Assembly (NCBI GenBank): GCA_964472475.1
Contig: CAYYLU010000003.1
Span: forward strand, 1 to 59,943
DNA length: 59,943 nucleotides
Direction: 5' to 3'
DNA from: an uncultured Syntrophus sp.
Lineage (GTDB): Bacteria > Desulfobacterota > Syntrophorhabdia > Syntrophorhabdales > Syntrophorhabdaceae
Shown here in pieces: positions 26,849-36,864 of the stretch; the stretch's first letter is position 1, and each line of letters begins with the position of its first letter. The translations under genes and the position numbers were made by a program. The notes below the pieces were generated by a model. That model did no database searches and was not told the origin of the DNA. It saw only the letters and a list, made by a program, of their open reading frames with translations.

Positions 26849-28336
26849 ATGAGTGAAATTCTGATAGGGAAAGGTGAGCGTCAAGTTCACCTGTTGTCGA
26901 GGTATGGAAACCGTCATGGGATGGTTGCAGGAGCAACGGGAACGGGGAAGACCATTTCACTGCTTGTCATGGCGGAAGGGTTTTCACGTCTGGGTGTGCC
27001 CGTATTTATGGCTGATGTCAAAGGTGATGCCTCTGGTCTCGCGATGCCGGGACTCATGAACGAAAAGGTGCAGCAACGGATACGTGAAATCGGAATGGAA
27101 GGGTACGTCAATGAGGCGAGCCCTGTAGTTTTCTGGGATATATACGGTCAGGCGGGTCACCCGGTGCGTACAACCGTCAGTGAGATAGGCCCGTCCTTGC
27201 TTGCACGCATTCTTGAGATTAACGACACCCAGGAAGGTATGCTTGAGATTGTGTTTAGAATGGCAGACGAACAGGGTCTCCTCCTGCTTGACCTTGACGA
27301 CCTTCGGGCACTCCTGACTTTTATAGCCGATAATCGACAAGAGATTTCAAAACAATATGGACTTGTCAACACTCAGTCACTGTCGGCTATCCAGCGCTCA
27401 CTCCTTGCTCTCGAACGGGAGGGCGGAAGATCTTTGTTCGGGGAACCTGCTCTGGAATTTGCGGATCTGATGCGAACCGATCTCAGTGGGCGCGGTGTCA
27501 TTAACATTCTTGTCGCCGACCAGCTCATTTTGAAGCCTCGTCTTTACTCCAGTTTCCTGCTCTGGCTCCTGTCGGAGCTCTTCGAGAATCTCCCCGAGGT
27601 TGGTGATCTGGATAAACCCAAGATGGTTTTTTTCTTCGACGAGGCCCACCTCCTCTTTGATGACGCGCCCGCCATGTTGCGACAGAAAGTGGAACAGGTG
27701 GTACGGATTATACGGTCGAAGGGGGTGGGTGTGTACTTCTGCTCCCAATTCCCGGATGATGTGCCCAACGAAATTCTTGGACAAATGGGAAATCGTATCC
27801 AACACGCGCTTAGAGCTTTCACACCGCGAGACCAGAAGGCGGTTAACACGGCAGCGCAAACATTTGTCCCCAACCCGAAGTTGAATGTAACTGAAGTTAT
27901 CTCTCAGCTCGCTGTAGGTGAAGCGTTAGTCTCGGTGTTGCAGGATAAAGGTGTGCCGATGCCCGTAGAAAAGACAATGATATGCCCGCCGCGCTGCAGA
28001 ATTGGCGCTCTGACGCCGGAAGAGAGGTTAATGGTGCGCGGGCGCAGCCCCGTCGGAGCCAAGTATGACAAACCCGTTAATCGTGAATCGGCCTATGAAA
28101 TACTGACCCGTAAGGCTCAAGAGGGAACAGCGATTGAACCGGGAACCCCTGAGGCCCGCAGCGGCCAGGAAAAGGGTGGTTCAGTCATAAGCGACTTCCT
28201 GTGGGGAACAAAGAGACGACAGGGAATGGTTGAGACTATGGCCAAACAGGCTGCAAGAACTGTGGGCAGTCAAATTGGCCGGCAGATTCTTCGGGGGGTA
28301 TTGGGCGGTATTCTTGGAGGCTTTGGAAGAAAGTAG
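26849..28336 (+). CDS. DUF853-family (HerA-like, YjgR-type) P-loop ATPase
   Basis: 495 aa. Walker A GATGTGKT near the N-terminus, FFFDEAH Walker B, and a Gly/Arg-rich C-terminal tail. Confidence 0.8.
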   Translation: MSEILIGKGERQVHLLSRYGNRHGMVAGATGTGKTISLLVMAEGFSRLGVPVFMADVKGDASGLAMPGLMNEKVQQRIREIGMEGYVNEASPVVFWDIYGQAGHPVRTTVSEIGPSLLARILEINDTQEGMLEIVFRMADEQGLLLLDLDDLRALLTFIADNRQEISKQYGLVNTQSLSAIQRSLLALEREGGRSLFGEPALEFADLMRTDLSGRGVINILVADQLILKPRLYSSFLLWLLSELFENLPEVGDLDKPKMVFFFDEAHLLFDDAPAMLRQKVEQVVRIIRSKGVGVYFCSQFPDDVPNEILGQMGNRIQHALRAFTPRDQKAVNTAAQTFVPNPKLNVTEVISQLAVGEALVSVLQDKGVPMPVEKTMICPPRCRIGALTPEERLMVRGRSPVGAKYDKPVNRESAYEILTRKAQEGTAIEPGTPEARSGQEKGGSVISDFLWGTKRRQGMVETMAKQAARTVGSQIGRQILRGVLGGILGGFGRK

Positions 28337-28365
28337 AGTTGATTGGTCAGGCCCATAACATGTTA

Positions 28366-30186
28366 TCAGTTTTCAAGGATGACATGCATCTGACACTGTC
28401 GACAGTCAAATTCAAGACGATACGTATGATGCCGGTCCGTCATTCTTAAATACTTGCCGGCATGATATGACATACCCTGCCTTGAGCACATACCGAGCTG
28501 ATCCCTGATGCAGTAGCGGGTCGACATAACTGTTCTGCCTTGTATCTCTGAGAGGGCCTCAAATGCAGCTCCTACAGTCATCACCCGGTGGCGTTTATAG
28601 AAATTCCGTGCATGATCGTTGAGTACGTTGGACCGGAAATCCAGGCTAGCTTCCGGGTATGGCGTGTCAGTCGGTGTGAACTGCCTCACTTCCCGTCGAT
28701 AGTTCTCCAACCGTGTTCTTGAAAGACTGTCCAGGACATCACGCCGGATCGAGTTCAATGTGCCTATCGGGATAAATCCAGGCCATTCCGGATACATCTT
28801 CAACTGCCTCACTTTGTAAATGGTGTTGCCTGTGCTTGAGAGCTGCTTTCTTATCTGCTCCCTCGCGCATGACGGATCTCTGGGGCTCTCAGAAAGGATG
28901 TCGACAACTACTGCGGCCATATTGCCATCTTCATCCGTGGCTGTCAGCTGCATCATTCCATCTTGCTGCCTAAAGTCCATTTCTACGGCTATCCTGCGAT
29001 GCGCCGACGATTTCTTCAGAATTCTCGTAAATGCCGCATCGTGATTGCGATACAGGGATATACCGACTTTCAGGTTCTGCATACTATTCGGATAGATCCT
29101 GTCTTTATCGATCTGGTTTACCCGGAAGCCAACCAGATCATTGTCGTGCGTGAAAAAACAGAGTCCATCTCCATTTTCCAGATCGTGCCGGCCTAACTGA
29201 AAGAAATCCCTTCCAACGGCGGTAATCGTGCCGACCCTTTTCCCGATGGATTTCTGCGTATGGATAGACCCAACTTTCTCTCTCCTGCCGTTTATGAAAT
29301 ATTTGGTAAACCCCCGGTTGAATGTCCTGGCGGGATCGGGTGAAAACTTGAGGTCACTCGTACCTGAGCTGCTGCGAGAATAATCAGCATGGCTGCTGAT
29401 GAACTGATCTATTGACTGCCGAAAGGCGGCTGTAACGTTCTTTACGTAATCGATGCTTTTGTACCTGCCTTCGATCTTGAAAGATGTAACTCCCGCTGCC
29501 ACCAGGCCAGGAATAACACCCATCAGGTTCAGATCTTTGAGTGAAAGAATGAACCTATCTTTTTCGACAACTTCACCACCCGGCTCCGTCAGGGTATAGC
29601 GCGAGCGGCACGGCTGTGTGCATACTCCGCGATTACCGCTTCGCCCGGTTATGGCCTGGCTCATGTAACACTGCCCGCTGTACGATACACAAAGAGAACC
29701 GTAGACAAAAGCCTCCAGTTCGACACGTGTATGTTTTCGAACCGCTGCTATTTCCTCGAGAGAGAATTCTCTTGGCAGGATTATCCTCTTGAAACCGACA
29801 GCTTCCAGAAACTGTATCTTTTCGACGGTATTATTATGCATCTGTGTGCTTGCTATGAGAGGGATAGGAGGAAGATCTGTTTCGAGCAAACCCGGATCCT
29901 GAATAATAATCCCATCAGCCCCCAATTCGAAGACATCCCTGATTATTTGAACTGCCTCAGGCATTTCACTATCTGTTAACGTAGTATTCAGTGCAACATA
30001 TACCTTGGCGTAATAGAGATGCGCGTATTGAATCAGCCGGCCGATGTCATCTATACCTGAGCCTGCTTCTGCCCTTGCGCTGAATTTGGGTGCGCCGATG
30101 TACACCGCATCAGCCCCATGGTCAACAGCAGCCATGCCAATCTCCGCGTTTCCGGCCGGAGACAGAAGTTCCAGACGTACGGCCAT
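28366..30186 (-). CDS. U32-family protein, RlhA/TrhP-like Fe-S (putative O2-independent hydroxylase)
   Basis: Start MAVRLELLSPAGN at 30186 (the ORF is open to 30339). GADAVYIG motif. Cys motif CVSYSGQC-x15-C-TQP-C (CX6CX15CX3C). 607 aa, similar in length to E. coli RlhA/YdcP. Confidence 0.85.
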   Translation of the reverse strand: MAVRLELLSPAGNAEIGMAAVDHGADAVYIGAPKFSARAEAGSGIDDIGRLIQYAHLYYAKVYVALNTTLTDSEMPEAVQIIRDVFELGADGIIIQDPGLLETDLPPIPLIASTQMHNNTVEKIQFLEAVGFKRIILPREFSLEEIAAVRKHTRVELEAFVYGSLCVSYSGQCYMSQAITGRSGNRGVCTQPCRSRYTLTEPGGEVVEKDRFILSLKDLNLMGVIPGLVAAGVTSFKIEGRYKSIDYVKNVTAAFRQSIDQFISSHADYSRSSSGTSDLKFSPDPARTFNRGFTKYFINGRREKVGSIHTQKSIGKRVGTITAVGRDFFQLGRHDLENGDGLCFFTHDNDLVGFRVNQIDKDRIYPNSMQNLKVGISLYRNHDAAFTRILKKSSAHRRIAVEMDFRQQDGMMQLTATDEDGNMAAVVVDILSESPRDPSCAREQIRKQLSSTGNTIYKVRQLKMYPEWPGFIPIGTLNSIRRDVLDSLSRTRLENYRREVRQFTPTDTPYPEASLDFRSNVLNDHARNFYKRHRVMTVGAAFEALSEIQGRTVMSTRYCIRDQLGMCSRQGMSYHAGKYLRMTDRHHTYRLEFDCRQCQMHVILEN

Positions 30187-30623
30187 TATTGGGTCCTCTT
30201 GTCCGGTATAGTCTTCGTGATGAACTCCTTTATTATGGACTTTGCCTGATCCAAAGATGTATATGGAATTGCACGTATACACGGGCTGCCCGCGATCATG
30301 GCAGAGAGAGGCCTTCCGGGAGTTGTTCGATAGAGACACAATACAGGTTTCTTCGATACTGTTGCCAAACCAAGTTCATATCCTACCCCCAGAGAAGGCG
30401 TGGAGACCTCTGCCACCACAAGATCACACTTCGCCAGCCACGCTACATCACGATCATGTATGATACGATCATCGGGTCCGTCATTGCCGATTTCTGAAAC
30501 GGCGATGCTTCCGACATGTTCCGTCAATACCTCCCCGAATTCACGCAAGTGCAGGATAAGAGCACTGTAGATACTGACATCCTCTCTGCCGCCCCTTATT
30601 GATCCTGCAAAATATATGTTCAT
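30186..30623 (-). CDS. DNPH1/Rcl-like 2'-deoxynucleoside 5'-phosphate N-hydrolase (nucleoside 2-deoxyribosyltransferase superfamily)
   Basis: MNIYFAGSIRGGREDVSIY...VLTEHV...VVAEVSTPSLGVGYELG...LSAMI closely follows the DNPH1 pattern. The TAA stop overlaps the U32 ATG (TAATG). Confidence 0.85.
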   Translation of the reverse strand: MNIYFAGSIRGGREDVSIYSALILHLREFGEVLTEHVGSIAVSEIGNDGPDDRIIHDRDVAWLAKCDLVVAEVSTPSLGVGYELGLATVSKKPVLCLYRTTPGRPLSAMIAGSPCIRAIPYTSLDQAKSIIKEFITKTIPDKRTQ

Positions 30624-30701
30624 AGACTCACCTGGAAAATCTGCGCGACAGACATCTCTGCGTCCAGTTTCAGACCGGTTCCGCATATGACCTTAGCATG
30701 G

Positions 30702-31292
30702 TTATGTATGAACCGGAGTCAGCAAATGTGCGGTAAACAGGTAATTATACGGTCCTATATCGAGTATCCGATCTCTGACAAATCCGAAGGGGAGGATAGT
30801 TTTTTCCGTCTCCTCGGGGGAAATCCTCACATGTAAAGGAGGTCCGGGCCCATCATCCCGTTTCTTAAATTCTACAATGCATAAGCGTCCCGCCGGTTTC
30901 AATACCCTGACTATTTCGGACATTACCGTTTCCCCGGAACTGTCCCGGAGCAGATCGTGAAGAACTGTCGCCATCAGACAAATATCTGCTATCCCGTCCG
31001 AAACAGGTATCTCTTTATTCAGGTTCGCCCTGGCTGTGACGATGGTGGAAATGTTCTCCGCTGCTGCCCGATTATTCAGTTCATCCAGCCCTTCCTGCCA
31101 CGCATCAATAGAATAGACGATCGCCCCTGGACCGAGGGACTTTGCTATGGCCACGGAATAGTCACCTCTTCCACATCCGAGATCAAGAAATACGGTCGAG
31201 GCCGTGAGCTCCAGATTTTTCAGAAGAGCATCACTGTCGATGAGCCCGAAACTGCTTTTGCCTGCTCCGTGCGGTTTATGTTCAGAGTTCAT
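30702..31292 (-). CDS. Class I SAM-dependent methyltransferase
   Basis: Motif I VFLDLGCGRGDYS and the post-I acidic residue (YSIDAW). 196 aa. Confidence 0.8.
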   Translation of the reverse strand: MNSEHKPHGAGKSSFGLIDSDALLKNLELTASTVFLDLGCGRGDYSVAIAKSLGPGAIVYSIDAWQEGLDELNNRAAAENISTIVTARANLNKEIPVSDGIADICLMATVLHDLLRDSSGETVMSEIVRVLKPAGRLCIVEFKKRDDGPGPPLHVRISPEETEKTILPFGFVRDRILDIGPYNYLFTAHLLTPVHT

Positions 31293-31459
31293 GTGTCCAA
31301 AATTATTATACTATATTTTAATGACACGTGACCGGTTTTACGGACGATGTTACCGAAAACCGGATTGCAGCGCAATGTTCTCATCAAGCTGTGGCTTTCA
31401 TTAATTGTCCTTTGTGTAGAGTGATTGGTTTAAAACTTGATATAATGTCCGTGTAACGC

Positions 31460-33028
31460 ATGTTTTGGGCAATGAGCGGAGTACCTGTGGCGGAATACCG
31501 ATACGAAGACTGGCGGATAGGTAAGGCTGACGAACTATCGGGACGGGATTATGTCTCGTACAGGTTCTACGAGATTCTGCCAGGATTTTTGTCCTGGTTC
31601 ACGATTATTTTTGCAATCATCTGTTCATGGGCTTATCCGATGCAAACATCCGTTTTTATAATAGCTTTTGATGTGTATTGGCTGTTAAAGACTCTATACC
31701 TTTCGTTACACCTCAAGGCCAACTGGAAACGGATAACAGCACATCTGGCAATAGACTGGTCCGAAAAACTCAGTTTGTTGGAGCATGACCACATCTATCA
31801 TATGATTATGCTCCCGTTTTACAGAGAAGACGCTGCATTGATTGAGAAAACTCTGCAGACCCTCCTGCATTCCAAATATGAAACCAAAAAGATGATCATA
31901 GTGCTGGCCGCTGAAAAAAGGGCCGGTGCGGAATCAATCAGGACTGCGTCTTTAATGAAAGAGAAATATGCAGACGGGTTCGGGCATTTTCTTGTCACCA
32001 TTCATCCCGACAACATACCGGGCGAGCTTGCAGGAAAAGGTTCAAATACCGCCTATGCCGCAGAATGCGCGAGGACGGAGATACTCGATGCACGCTCTAT
32101 TGATTACAGTAATGTGCTGGTTTCCGCATTTGATATCGATACTGTGGTATACGATCAGTATTTCGCGTGTCTCACGTTCATGTTTCTGACAAGTGAGAGG
32201 CCTTACAGAACCTCTTTTCAGCCGGTTCCGGTGTTTAACAACAACATATTCGAAGCGCCTGCTATCTCCCGTGTCGTGGCCTATTCCGCAACGTTCTGGC
32301 AGATGGTACAGCAGGAAAGACAGAAACGACTTGCTACGTTTAGTTCTCATTCAATTCCTTTCAGCACTCTGCATGAGATCGGGTACTGGCAGAACAACAT
32401 GGTAAGCGAGGATTCGAGGATATTCTGGAACTGCTACATGAAGTATGACAGCGATTATGTCGTCACTCCTATGACTTATCCGGTTTCAATGGATGCTAAT
32501 CTTGCTCCTGAATTGCGTCTGACCATTAAGAATATATACAAGCAGCAGAGGCGTTGGTCCTACGGTGTTGAAAATTTTGCGTACATAATGTTCAATTTTT
32601 CAAAAAATAAGAAGATTAGCCTGCGTGAAAAACTGAGGATCGCTGCGGTTAACCTCGACGGGTACTGGTCACTTGCCACAAACCCGATAATAATATTTAT
32701 GCTTTCCTGGATGCCTATTCTTCTTGGCGGTAGAGACTTTAACAGCAGCATGTTGAGATTTAGCCTGCCGCATATCACCCGCGACATCATGATCATTACG
32801 ATGTTAAATCTTGTTCTCTCGTACATGATATCGTCGAGCCTGATGCCATCTGTACCTGAAAGCAAAAGATTCACAAAGCTTTATTATGTACTTCAGTGGC
32901 TCCTGGTGCCCGTGACCATAACGATATTCGGGGCAGTACCCGCGCTGGAGGCACAGACAAGGCTGATGCTCGGCAAGTACATGGGTTTCTGGGTGACACC
33001 AAAGCATCGCGAGCGGGTGCGCTCATGA
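31460..33028 (+). CDS. Membrane-embedded family-2 glycosyltransferase (processive synthase type)
   Basis: LPFYRED, SAFDIDT (DxD-like) and QQRRW (QxxRW) motifs, flanked by N- and C-terminal TM segments. Confidence 0.75.
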   Translation: MFWAMSGVPVAEYRYEDWRIGKADELSGRDYVSYRFYEILPGFLSWFTIIFAIICSWAYPMQTSVFIIAFDVYWLLKTLYLSLHLKANWKRITAHLAIDWSEKLSLLEHDHIYHMIMLPFYREDAALIEKTLQTLLHSKYETKKMIIVLAAEKRAGAESIRTASLMKEKYADGFGHFLVTIHPDNIPGELAGKGSNTAYAAECARTEILDARSIDYSNVLVSAFDIDTVVYDQYFACLTFMFLTSERPYRTSFQPVPVFNNNIFEAPAISRVVAYSATFWQMVQQERQKRLATFSSHSIPFSTLHEIGYWQNNMVSEDSRIFWNCYMKYDSDYVVTPMTYPVSMDANLAPELRLTIKNIYKQQRRWSYGVENFAYIMFNFSKNKKISLREKLRIAAVNLDGYWSLATNPIIIFMLSWMPILLGGRDFNSSMLRFSLPHITRDIMIITMLNLVLSYMISSSLMPSVPESKRFTKLYYVLQWLLVPVTITIFGAVPALEAQTRLMLGKYMGFWVTPKHRERVRS

Positions 33029-33900
33029 CGGGGAAGCAACAGTTCGCTTATATTGCGGGGTTCTCTGCAATTTTTGTTATCGCTATACCATTATTGATCC
33101 TGTATTCATCCGGATACCGATTAGACGAGAACTTTCGTGTCGTCAAAACCGGCGGTGTCTATCTTGAGAACACGGAATATGAAGTCACTGTTAAGATAAA
33201 CGGCAAACGCGTAAAGACCGGCAGGTTCGAAAGGAATATCCTGGTTCGTGATCTGTCACCAAAAACGTATCTCATATCGGTTGAGAAAGAAGGTTACAGA
33301 TCATGGAGAAAGAATGTGAAAGTAGCGGGCCGGAAGGTCGAGATCTGCTATCCGCTCCTGATACCAGCGCGCCTGGATCCACAGCGTGTTCCCAGATATC
33401 TGGCGGCTACACCGGAAAAGAAGAAAAACAAACGTGAAGCCAATGAAGAATATCTGGAGGCAATGAAGCTTTTCAACACATCTGACAAGGCCCTCAAAGC
33501 GTCAAAGGCCAAATGGGAAGATGGGGATCTTAGGGCATATGGAGTTGAAACGGGTGGCAGACTTAACAGGAAAGTCCTTATTTACGCGCAGAAGAATAAA
33601 ATATATGTGAAGTGGACCGGTTCTGAGAATAAAAGGCCATTTTTCATCAATGCGTCCGATAAACAAGTTGCTTATTCTTCAACCAGAAAGATCCTGTCCT
33701 TTGACTTCTTTCCCGGAAGACAGGACTCAATACTTGTCCTGTTAAGTGATTTGGGTCTGTACGCAATTGAGATTGACACACGATTTGGTATTCATAACAT
33801 CTATAAAATACTATCGAACTGCAACAGATTCGCTGTAGAAGATGTGTATTTGTATTACTTCTCCGGAAAAAATATGTACAGAATTGACCTTGACCCCTGA
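33025..33900 (+). CDS. PEGA-domain membrane protein
   Basis: ATGA overlap with the GT2 gene. N-terminal TM helix, then YEVTVKINGKRV...YLISVEKEGYRSWRKNVKV (PEGA-like). Confidence 0.65.
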   Translation: MTGKQQFAYIAGFSAIFVIAIPLLILYSSGYRLDENFRVVKTGGVYLENTEYEVTVKINGKRVKTGRFERNILVRDLSPKTYLISVEKEGYRSWRKNVKVAGRKVEICYPLLIPARLDPQRVPRYLAATPEKKKNKREANEEYLEAMKLFNTSDKALKASKAKWEDGDLRAYGVETGGRLNRKVLIYAQKNKIYVKWTGSENKRPFFINASDKQVAYSSTRKILSFDFFPGRQDSILVLLSDLGLYAIEIDTRFGIHNIYKILSNCNRFAVEDVYLYYFSGKNMYRIDLDP

Positions 33901-34140
33901 ATTGCCTATTGTCGATCTACAGGCGATATTTTGGCCATTGAAACCAAATATGGACATCATTCTAAGGCCGCTCGCGGTGAGTTCACACTCATTGTCTGCT
34001 CCATTGTCACAGATATTATCTTTGGGTCTGATTCCTGATAACCTGCTATAATCATAAGGAGAGGCATATTTGCTCCGTCGGGTTTTTTCAGGACCGGTTT
34101 GGTCAAAAATTGAGTATTGCATACTCCGGAAGGAGAAAAC

Positions 34141-34725
34141 ATGGAAGAGAAGGAGTTAACGGACAGACACCGCGGGATGTTCGAACAGGCGATACAGGCT
34201 CTTGAAAGTATCAGGAAAGGGTTTATGACTCAGGACAGAACAGTCCTGGAACATGGGCAAAATCAGTTTGCTGAAATGCTTTCTTCAAATCTGCCATTTG
34301 TCGAACAAATTGCCGCAAAAGTGCACAAAGATGAGATCGACAAACGATTTCTGAGTACACTTATACCTCTCCAGAAAATCGCTTCATCAGTGCGTAGTCT
34401 GATCGCAAAGCAGAAAATGCTCCTTTTGCGGGATGTCAGGTTTAACGTAAGATCCGTAACTGAGATAACAGAACTCCTGACGATCATGAAAACACAGTTC
34501 AGAGATGCAAGAGATCTCATTGTGGATAAGGACCCTTTTCTCAGAAATGACATAAAAAGGGGAATGGAGAAAATCCTGCAATCAGTCGATAAATACTCAT
34601 TGACGCACTATGACAGGCTTGTTACCGGCGTCTCGACCCCCAAGGAGTCGTACCTGTATCTCGATATCGTAAATTCCATAAAGCGGATAGCCCAAGAACT
34701 TGTAGACTTTTCGGAAAGATTGTAG
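34141..34725 (+). CDS. DUF47/PhoU-like (TIGR00153-type) protein
   Basis: The ATG at 34141 follows AAGGAG. All-helical, with the typical C-terminal YLDIVNSIKRIA pattern. No Pit transporter gene is adjacent. Confidence 0.65.
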   Translation: MEEKELTDRHRGMFEQAIQALESIRKGFMTQDRTVLEHGQNQFAEMLSSNLPFVEQIAAKVHKDEIDKRFLSTLIPLQKIASSVRSLIAKQKMLLLRDVRFNVRSVTEITELLTIMKTQFRDARDLIVDKDPFLRNDIKRGMEKILQSVDKYSLTHYDRLVTGVSTPKESYLYLDIVNSIKRIAQELVDFSERL

Positions 34726-34811
34726 TCAACTCTAGTCTGTAACATATTCTCTGGTTTACAGGAATGACGTATCTCCGCTTTCTGTAACATTCCCGATACA
34801 GGAGATTGAAT

Positions 34812-36326
34812 ATGGTGGATAGAAGACTGGAAGTGGACGTCCTTATCATCGGCGGTGGTGTAGCGGGCGTATCTGCTGGCATAACAGCGGCTCGCGGTGG
34901 GCTCAGAGTCCTGTTACTCGAAAGCCAGATCTCTCTTGGCGGCCTGGCCACAAACGGCCTGGTAAACGGAGTAGCGGGCATGATCGATGGGAACTGCAGA
35001 GAATGGCTAGACAGAATGGACCAGGACGGATATCTATTTAACCGGCCTCATCTGCCGACGTTCGATCCCGAGAAAGCAAAATTGATATTGGAAAGAATAC
35101 TGCTCGAAGCCGGCGCACGAGTACTCTACGGAATCTACGCTATTGATTCCGTTGTAGAAAATGAGAATATCAAGCACATTGTTTGTCATTCAAAGTCCGG
35201 TCGAATGATTGTAGCGGCAAAAATATTTATCGATACCACGGGTGATGCAGATATTGCAGCCTACTCCGGGGTGCCGTATGAGGTGGGGAGCCCGGAATTT
35301 GCCGGCCTGAATATGTCCACGACCCTTGCCTTTAGAATGGCTGACGTGAACATGAAAGAGTATCAGAAGGCGGTCGCTGTCTGGACCGCCAACGAGACAG
35401 CGGGAAACAGGGTCCCAGCAAAGATTTCGATCATAACGGAATTGCAGGAAAAGGCTGTTAAAAACGGAGATCTGCCGTTCTTCGTCTTCCCAACTGCTCT
35501 GATATATAAAGTGCCCGGGACTTCTGACGAGACTGCTGATATCACCGTCATAACGACCCATAGTTTCCATACGCACAATCTGGATGTAGAGGATTTTACA
35601 CGCCAGATTATTGAACAGCATCAACAGATAATCTGGGTAGAAAACTTCTTTAGAAAATATCTTGCGGGATTCAAAAACGCGCGCCTGACAGGCCTCGCAT
35701 CTCTGCACGGGGTTCGTGATTCGCGACGTGTTGTGGGTGAGTACGTGCTCAAAGATGAAGATATCGCCTGCGGTACTAAATTCGAGGACGGCATAGCACG
35801 CTTTCCTGAATTCTTTGATACCCACCATCCAACCAGTGCCACAGTAGGTTTCGTGAGACATGTTCACATAAAAGAAAAGAAGGGTTCAGCAATATGCAGG
35901 CCGGCGCAATGTACGGGGGATATGCATCCATTTGTGAGGCCTTCAGGCATTGAAGCGAGACATAACCCGAAAGACTATTGCGAAATTCCGTACAGATCCC
36001 TTGTGCCTTTGCGTATCAATAATCTACTGGTAGCCGGCAGATGTGTATCGGCCGAGTTTAATGCCGTAGCAGCCGTACGGGTCATTGCTCCTGCTATGAG
36101 TACAGGCCAGGCTGCCGCAACAGCTACCCTGCTTTGTCTTAAAGGGGGTATTATTCCCAGAAGTCTGGATGGAAAACTTGTGAGGAGGGCAATGATCGAG
36201 CAAGGTGTTGCCCTCGACAGGGAACCGGAAGGACACTGGGCTGAAGTAAGAAAAGCAGAAGGACAATTCATAGTGGCTGCGGGAGATATGGCAGCGATAC
36301 TGACATCCGACGGAATTAAACGGTGA
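34812..36326 (+). CDS. FAD-dependent oxidoreductase (FAD_oxidored/GIDA-like N-terminus)
   Basis: The ATG at 34812 lies 7 nt after GGAG. Motif DVLIIGGGVAGVSAGITAARGG. ~505 aa. Confidence 0.8.
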   Translation: MVDRRLEVDVLIIGGGVAGVSAGITAARGGLRVLLLESQISLGGLATNGLVNGVAGMIDGNCREWLDRMDQDGYLFNRPHLPTFDPEKAKLILERILLEAGARVLYGIYAIDSVVENENIKHIVCHSKSGRMIVAAKIFIDTTGDADIAAYSGVPYEVGSPEFAGLNMSTTLAFRMADVNMKEYQKAVAVWTANETAGNRVPAKISIITELQEKAVKNGDLPFFVFPTALIYKVPGTSDETADITVITTHSFHTHNLDVEDFTRQIIEQHQQIIWVENFFRKYLAGFKNARLTGLASLHGVRDSRRVVGEYVLKDEDIACGTKFEDGIARFPEFFDTHHPTSATVGFVRHVHIKEKKGSAICRPAQCTGDMHPFVRPSGIEARHNPKDYCEIPYRSLVPLRINNLLVAGRCVSAEFNAVAAVRVIAPAMSTGQAAATATLLCLKGGIIPRSLDGKLVRRAMIEQGVALDREPEGHWAEVRKAEGQFIVAAGDMAAILTSDGIKR

Positions 36327-36477
36327 AGACTATTAAGTACAAATGTTGGATGTCTCCTCATCTGTTCTACGGTTCAACAATACCTCTCCAGTCAATGGCC
36401 CGTGATCCATACGTGCTATCCAGAATCATGTCCCTGTTTGCCGCTTGCAAGATTCACTGGCAATTCTAAAGGATATG

Positions 36478-36605
36478 TGCTATATTAGTGCAATGAAGTT
36501 TCGGAGCTCCCGTTAGTTGCATTCACAGAAAGTAAGTATTTTTTTGTTGTATCTTCGTAACTCGGTTCCTTATCCTTCAAAATTCTAATCAAGAGGTATG
36601 TCGAT
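36478..36605 (+). promoter_or_regulatory. Extended -10 promoter (TGCTATATT, 36478..36486) and a ~115-nt 5' UTR of cspA
   Basis: The TGnTATATT motif is read directly. Long structured leaders are typical of cold-shock genes. The TSS is not verifiable here. Confidence 0.35.
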
Positions 36606-36806
36606 ATGGCAAAAGGTACAGTGAAGTGGTTTAATGAATCAAAGGGTTTTGGTTTTCTCACAACAGAAGATGGCGGAGATGTATTTGTCCACTATTCATC
36701 AATTCAGGACAGCGGTTTCAAGTCTTTAACTGAAGGTGAGAGTGTTAGCTTTGACGTTGTGAAAGGACCGAAGGGCCCTGCCGCAGCAAACGTTAAAAAA
36801 GGCTAA
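36606..36806 (+). CDS. cspA: Cold-shock protein (CspA family)
   Basis: [18 protein letters not shown]...DVFVHYS carries the RNP1 and RNP2 motifs. 66 aa. Confidence 0.95.
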   Translation: MAKGTVKWFNESKGFGFLTTEDGGDVFVHYSSIQDSGFKSLTEGESVSFDVVKGPKGPAAANVKKG

Positions 36807-36835
36807 TGAACGGAAAAAAAGAGTAACCACGCTGA

Positions 36836-36864
36836 GGCAGGCCTTCATGGGCCTGCCTTTTTTT
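36836..36864 (+). terminator. Rho-independent terminator of cspA
   Basis: GGCAGGCC-TTCATG-GGCCTGCC followed by TTTTTTT. Confidence 0.8.

Noticed and set aside
30187-30339. N-terminal extensions offered by the ORF track (U32 to 30339; SDR from 815; SBP to 7471; MBL to 49925; ATPase to 57575)
   Set aside because: Internal ATGs with Shine-Dalgarno sequences give canonical family N-termini or signal peptides. The extensions overlap upstream genes, terminators or non-coding elements.
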